Shown here in pieces: positions 38,851-40,191 of a stretch of 40,191 nt of DNA. A program made the position numbers and the translations under genes. Numbering within the stretch: the first letter of the stretch is position 1; each line of letters begins with the position of its first letter. The notes under the pieces are model-generated. The model ran no database searches, had not been told where the DNA came from, and worked only from the letters and a program-made list of their open reading frames with translations. The stretch covers positions 1 to 40,191 of the forward strand of contig BDIP01000035.1 in the NCBI GenBank assembly GCA_003568945.1, written 5' to 3'. This DNA comes from Kipferlia bialata (taxonomy: Eukaryota).

Positions 38851-40146
38851 AAGATACCTCTCTCGAATGTCCACGTTGACCTGACCGGTCTCTTCCTCTG
38901 TATCCACTGTAAGGAGGGGTCGGATATGTCGGAGACAGTCAGACGGTCATCGCTGGGGTAAGATAATACTACATATATATACACATATATATATATATAG
39001 AGAGAGAGGGGGGGGGGGAGGGGGTCGGATATGTCAGAGACAGTCAGGCGGTCGTCGCTGGGGTAAGGTCTCAAAACTATTGAGTCAAAAAGCTCACAGA
39101 TACTGAATAAAGTGATACGACAACAGAAGTATACTACATATACGTATCACAGGTAGTAACTAGTAGTGAATAAGGAATATATATACCTTACAGGACTGCT
39201 AGCAATTGATGCCGACACAACAGAAGCTGTCATCTCTGGGTATATATATATGTATGTAGACTCACTATAAATATACATATACTTGTATACTAATGTACCT
39301 CACGGGGCTAGATGCTATTGATGCCGATACCACAGATGCCGTCATCTCTCAGTATATCTACTTATATTTACATATACTAGATATGTATAGATAGTCAACA
39401 TTATCAGTAGCGTATACCTCACAGGACTAGATGCAATAGATGCCGACACAACAGAAGCTGTCATCTCTGGGTATATATATATATATATAAACATACATAT
39501 ATATATATATAATCCCATAGCATAGACAGTAACTAATAGAGTATACCTGACAGGACTAGATGCCATTGATGCCGACACGACCGATGCCGTCATCTCTGGG
39601 TCTGGGGACAGGTCTCGGACAGTGTTGTACAGATCACACAGGAGGAACTCGACCTAGGGGTAAGACTAGCATATGTAGTATCTATAGTATTCCTCCTCCC
39701 CCACCCCTCACTGTCACTCTCCTTGACACTATGCTCAGGTATATACAGACACAATTTTCTCTTTATAGAGTGTCTATATGACTATTTATATATATATATA
39801 TATATATATATCATACACCATACCTCTGCTCTTCTCCCCCATGTGTCTGTGTCACTCTCCTTGACACTGGGCACTATGCTCAGGTATATGTTCCTCTTAC
39901 CACTGATGACCAGACGCCACTTGGTCTGGGGGGTGAGAGAGATGGAGAGAGAGAAACAAGGAAACAAAGATACATAGACAGATAGATAGAGGGAGTCCTG
40001 CCACTGATGACCATGTGATAGAAAGATGCATATGCACTATAGAAGAGGTATGAATGCACACACTAGTGCATACCTCATTGAGTGTGAATGTGGGCGAGTA
40101 TATGTGGTCAGGGGCAGACACGTAGTGGGGGATGCGCCACACAAAC
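18600..40146 (-). CDS. USP7: Multi-exon USP7/UBP15-like ubiquitin carboxyl-terminal hydrolase (MATH, USP catalytic domain, UBL region, C-terminal tail); 5' end lies beyond the window
   Basis: Spliced peptide contains MATH-like FVWRIPHY..DHIYSPTFTLNE|TKWRLVI..IYLSI, Cys box GYIGLFNQ|GATCYMNSLLQSM, ALELQRLFYRM, QLTAAFGW...AFQQHDVGELMHILFEKIE, LPPVMFMTLKR|F, KITSRLEYP, His box YSLYSVLVHHGGT|GGGHYYAFVRP, WMCFNDT|RV, TAYMLCYV, UBL-like TGDILCAQ and tail YVLLHTNP...RESALTLNC* (cf. USP7 EKAIKIHN). Exon phases were continuous wherever checked. Confidence 0.85.
23081..23550 (-). repeat. Acceptor plus exon 5' end (DTYGMTKYTP) repeated five times
   Basis: cag|GACACCTAYGGNATGACCAAG-like units lie near 23110 (working), 23209, 23328, 23416 and 23543. 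Confidence 0.95.
31284..32180 (-). CDS. USP His-box exons
   Basis: SYSLYSVLVHHGGT|GGGHYYAFVRPMPEFDGRA|VSTAHYQAQYRDADWMCFNDTR; the catalytic His and Asn/Asp motifs are present. Confidence 0.85.
36018..36195. repeat. Intronic minisatellite/microsatellite (ATATATACC-type) containing a short N run
   Basis: Repeated ataccatatatat units; Ns near 36092. Confidence 0.85.
36745..37332 (-). CDS. USP Cys-box exons (about 37208-37332 and 36745-36803)
   Basis: RHGYIGLFNQ | GATCYMNSLLQSMHHLSGLR, joined by a phase-0 intron. Confidence 0.9.
39185..39601 (-). repeat. Exon 3' end plus donor (PEMTASVVSAS[M/I]ASSPVR|gt) repeated four times
   Basis: Four copies of about 53 nt, spaced roughly 110-130 nt apart. 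Confidence 0.95.
39823..40146 (-). CDS. Two exons (40074-40146 and about 39823-39924) encoding the first strands of the MATH/TRAF domain
   Basis: FVWRIPHYVSAPDHIYSPTFTLNE followed by TKWRLVISGKRNIYLSIVPS matches the F.W.I...S.....S..F....WRL....YLS MATH pattern. Confidence 0.75.
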
Positions 40147-40191
40147 CTAGGGTAAGAGGGGGGGGGGGGGGGGGAGAGAGAGAGGTATGGG

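Noticed and set aside
348..40142. Hundreds of short I/Y/C/V/H/T-rich ORFs in the six-frame track
   Set aside because: They are translations of (TA)n, (TG)n and (CA)n intron microsatellites, exon-into-intron read-throughs, or antisense shadows of real exons.

Overview
Eukaryotic, very intron-dense genomic DNA read with the standard code. The (TA)n-rich introns, CTNACCCC(C)AG acceptors and (GA)n-encoded ERERER tracts suggest a fornicate protist such as Kipferlia; this is inference only. The window holds four genes. (1) The 3' part of a roughly 50-exon + strand gene (71-15457) whose spliced peptide resembles a highly divergent TRRAP/Tra1 PIKK pseudokinase. (2, 3) Two tandem intronless paralogs on the - strand (15650-16501, 17338-18213), possibly kelch-like, flanked by perfect palindromes. 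(4) A multi-exon - strand USP7/UBP15-like deubiquitinase (18600 to beyond 40146) with MATH domain, Cys and His boxes, UBL region and conserved C-terminal tail. Nearly all ORFs in the supplied track are microsatellite artefacts. The most striking feature is that many introns of both large genes contain stacked partial copies ('echoes') of the adjacent exon end plus its splice site. These echoes differ from the working exon mainly at synonymous positions, often decay with distance from the exon, and sometimes preserve alternative residues or an alternative exon end. Exon coordinates were derived by hand and need RNA-seq confirmation.
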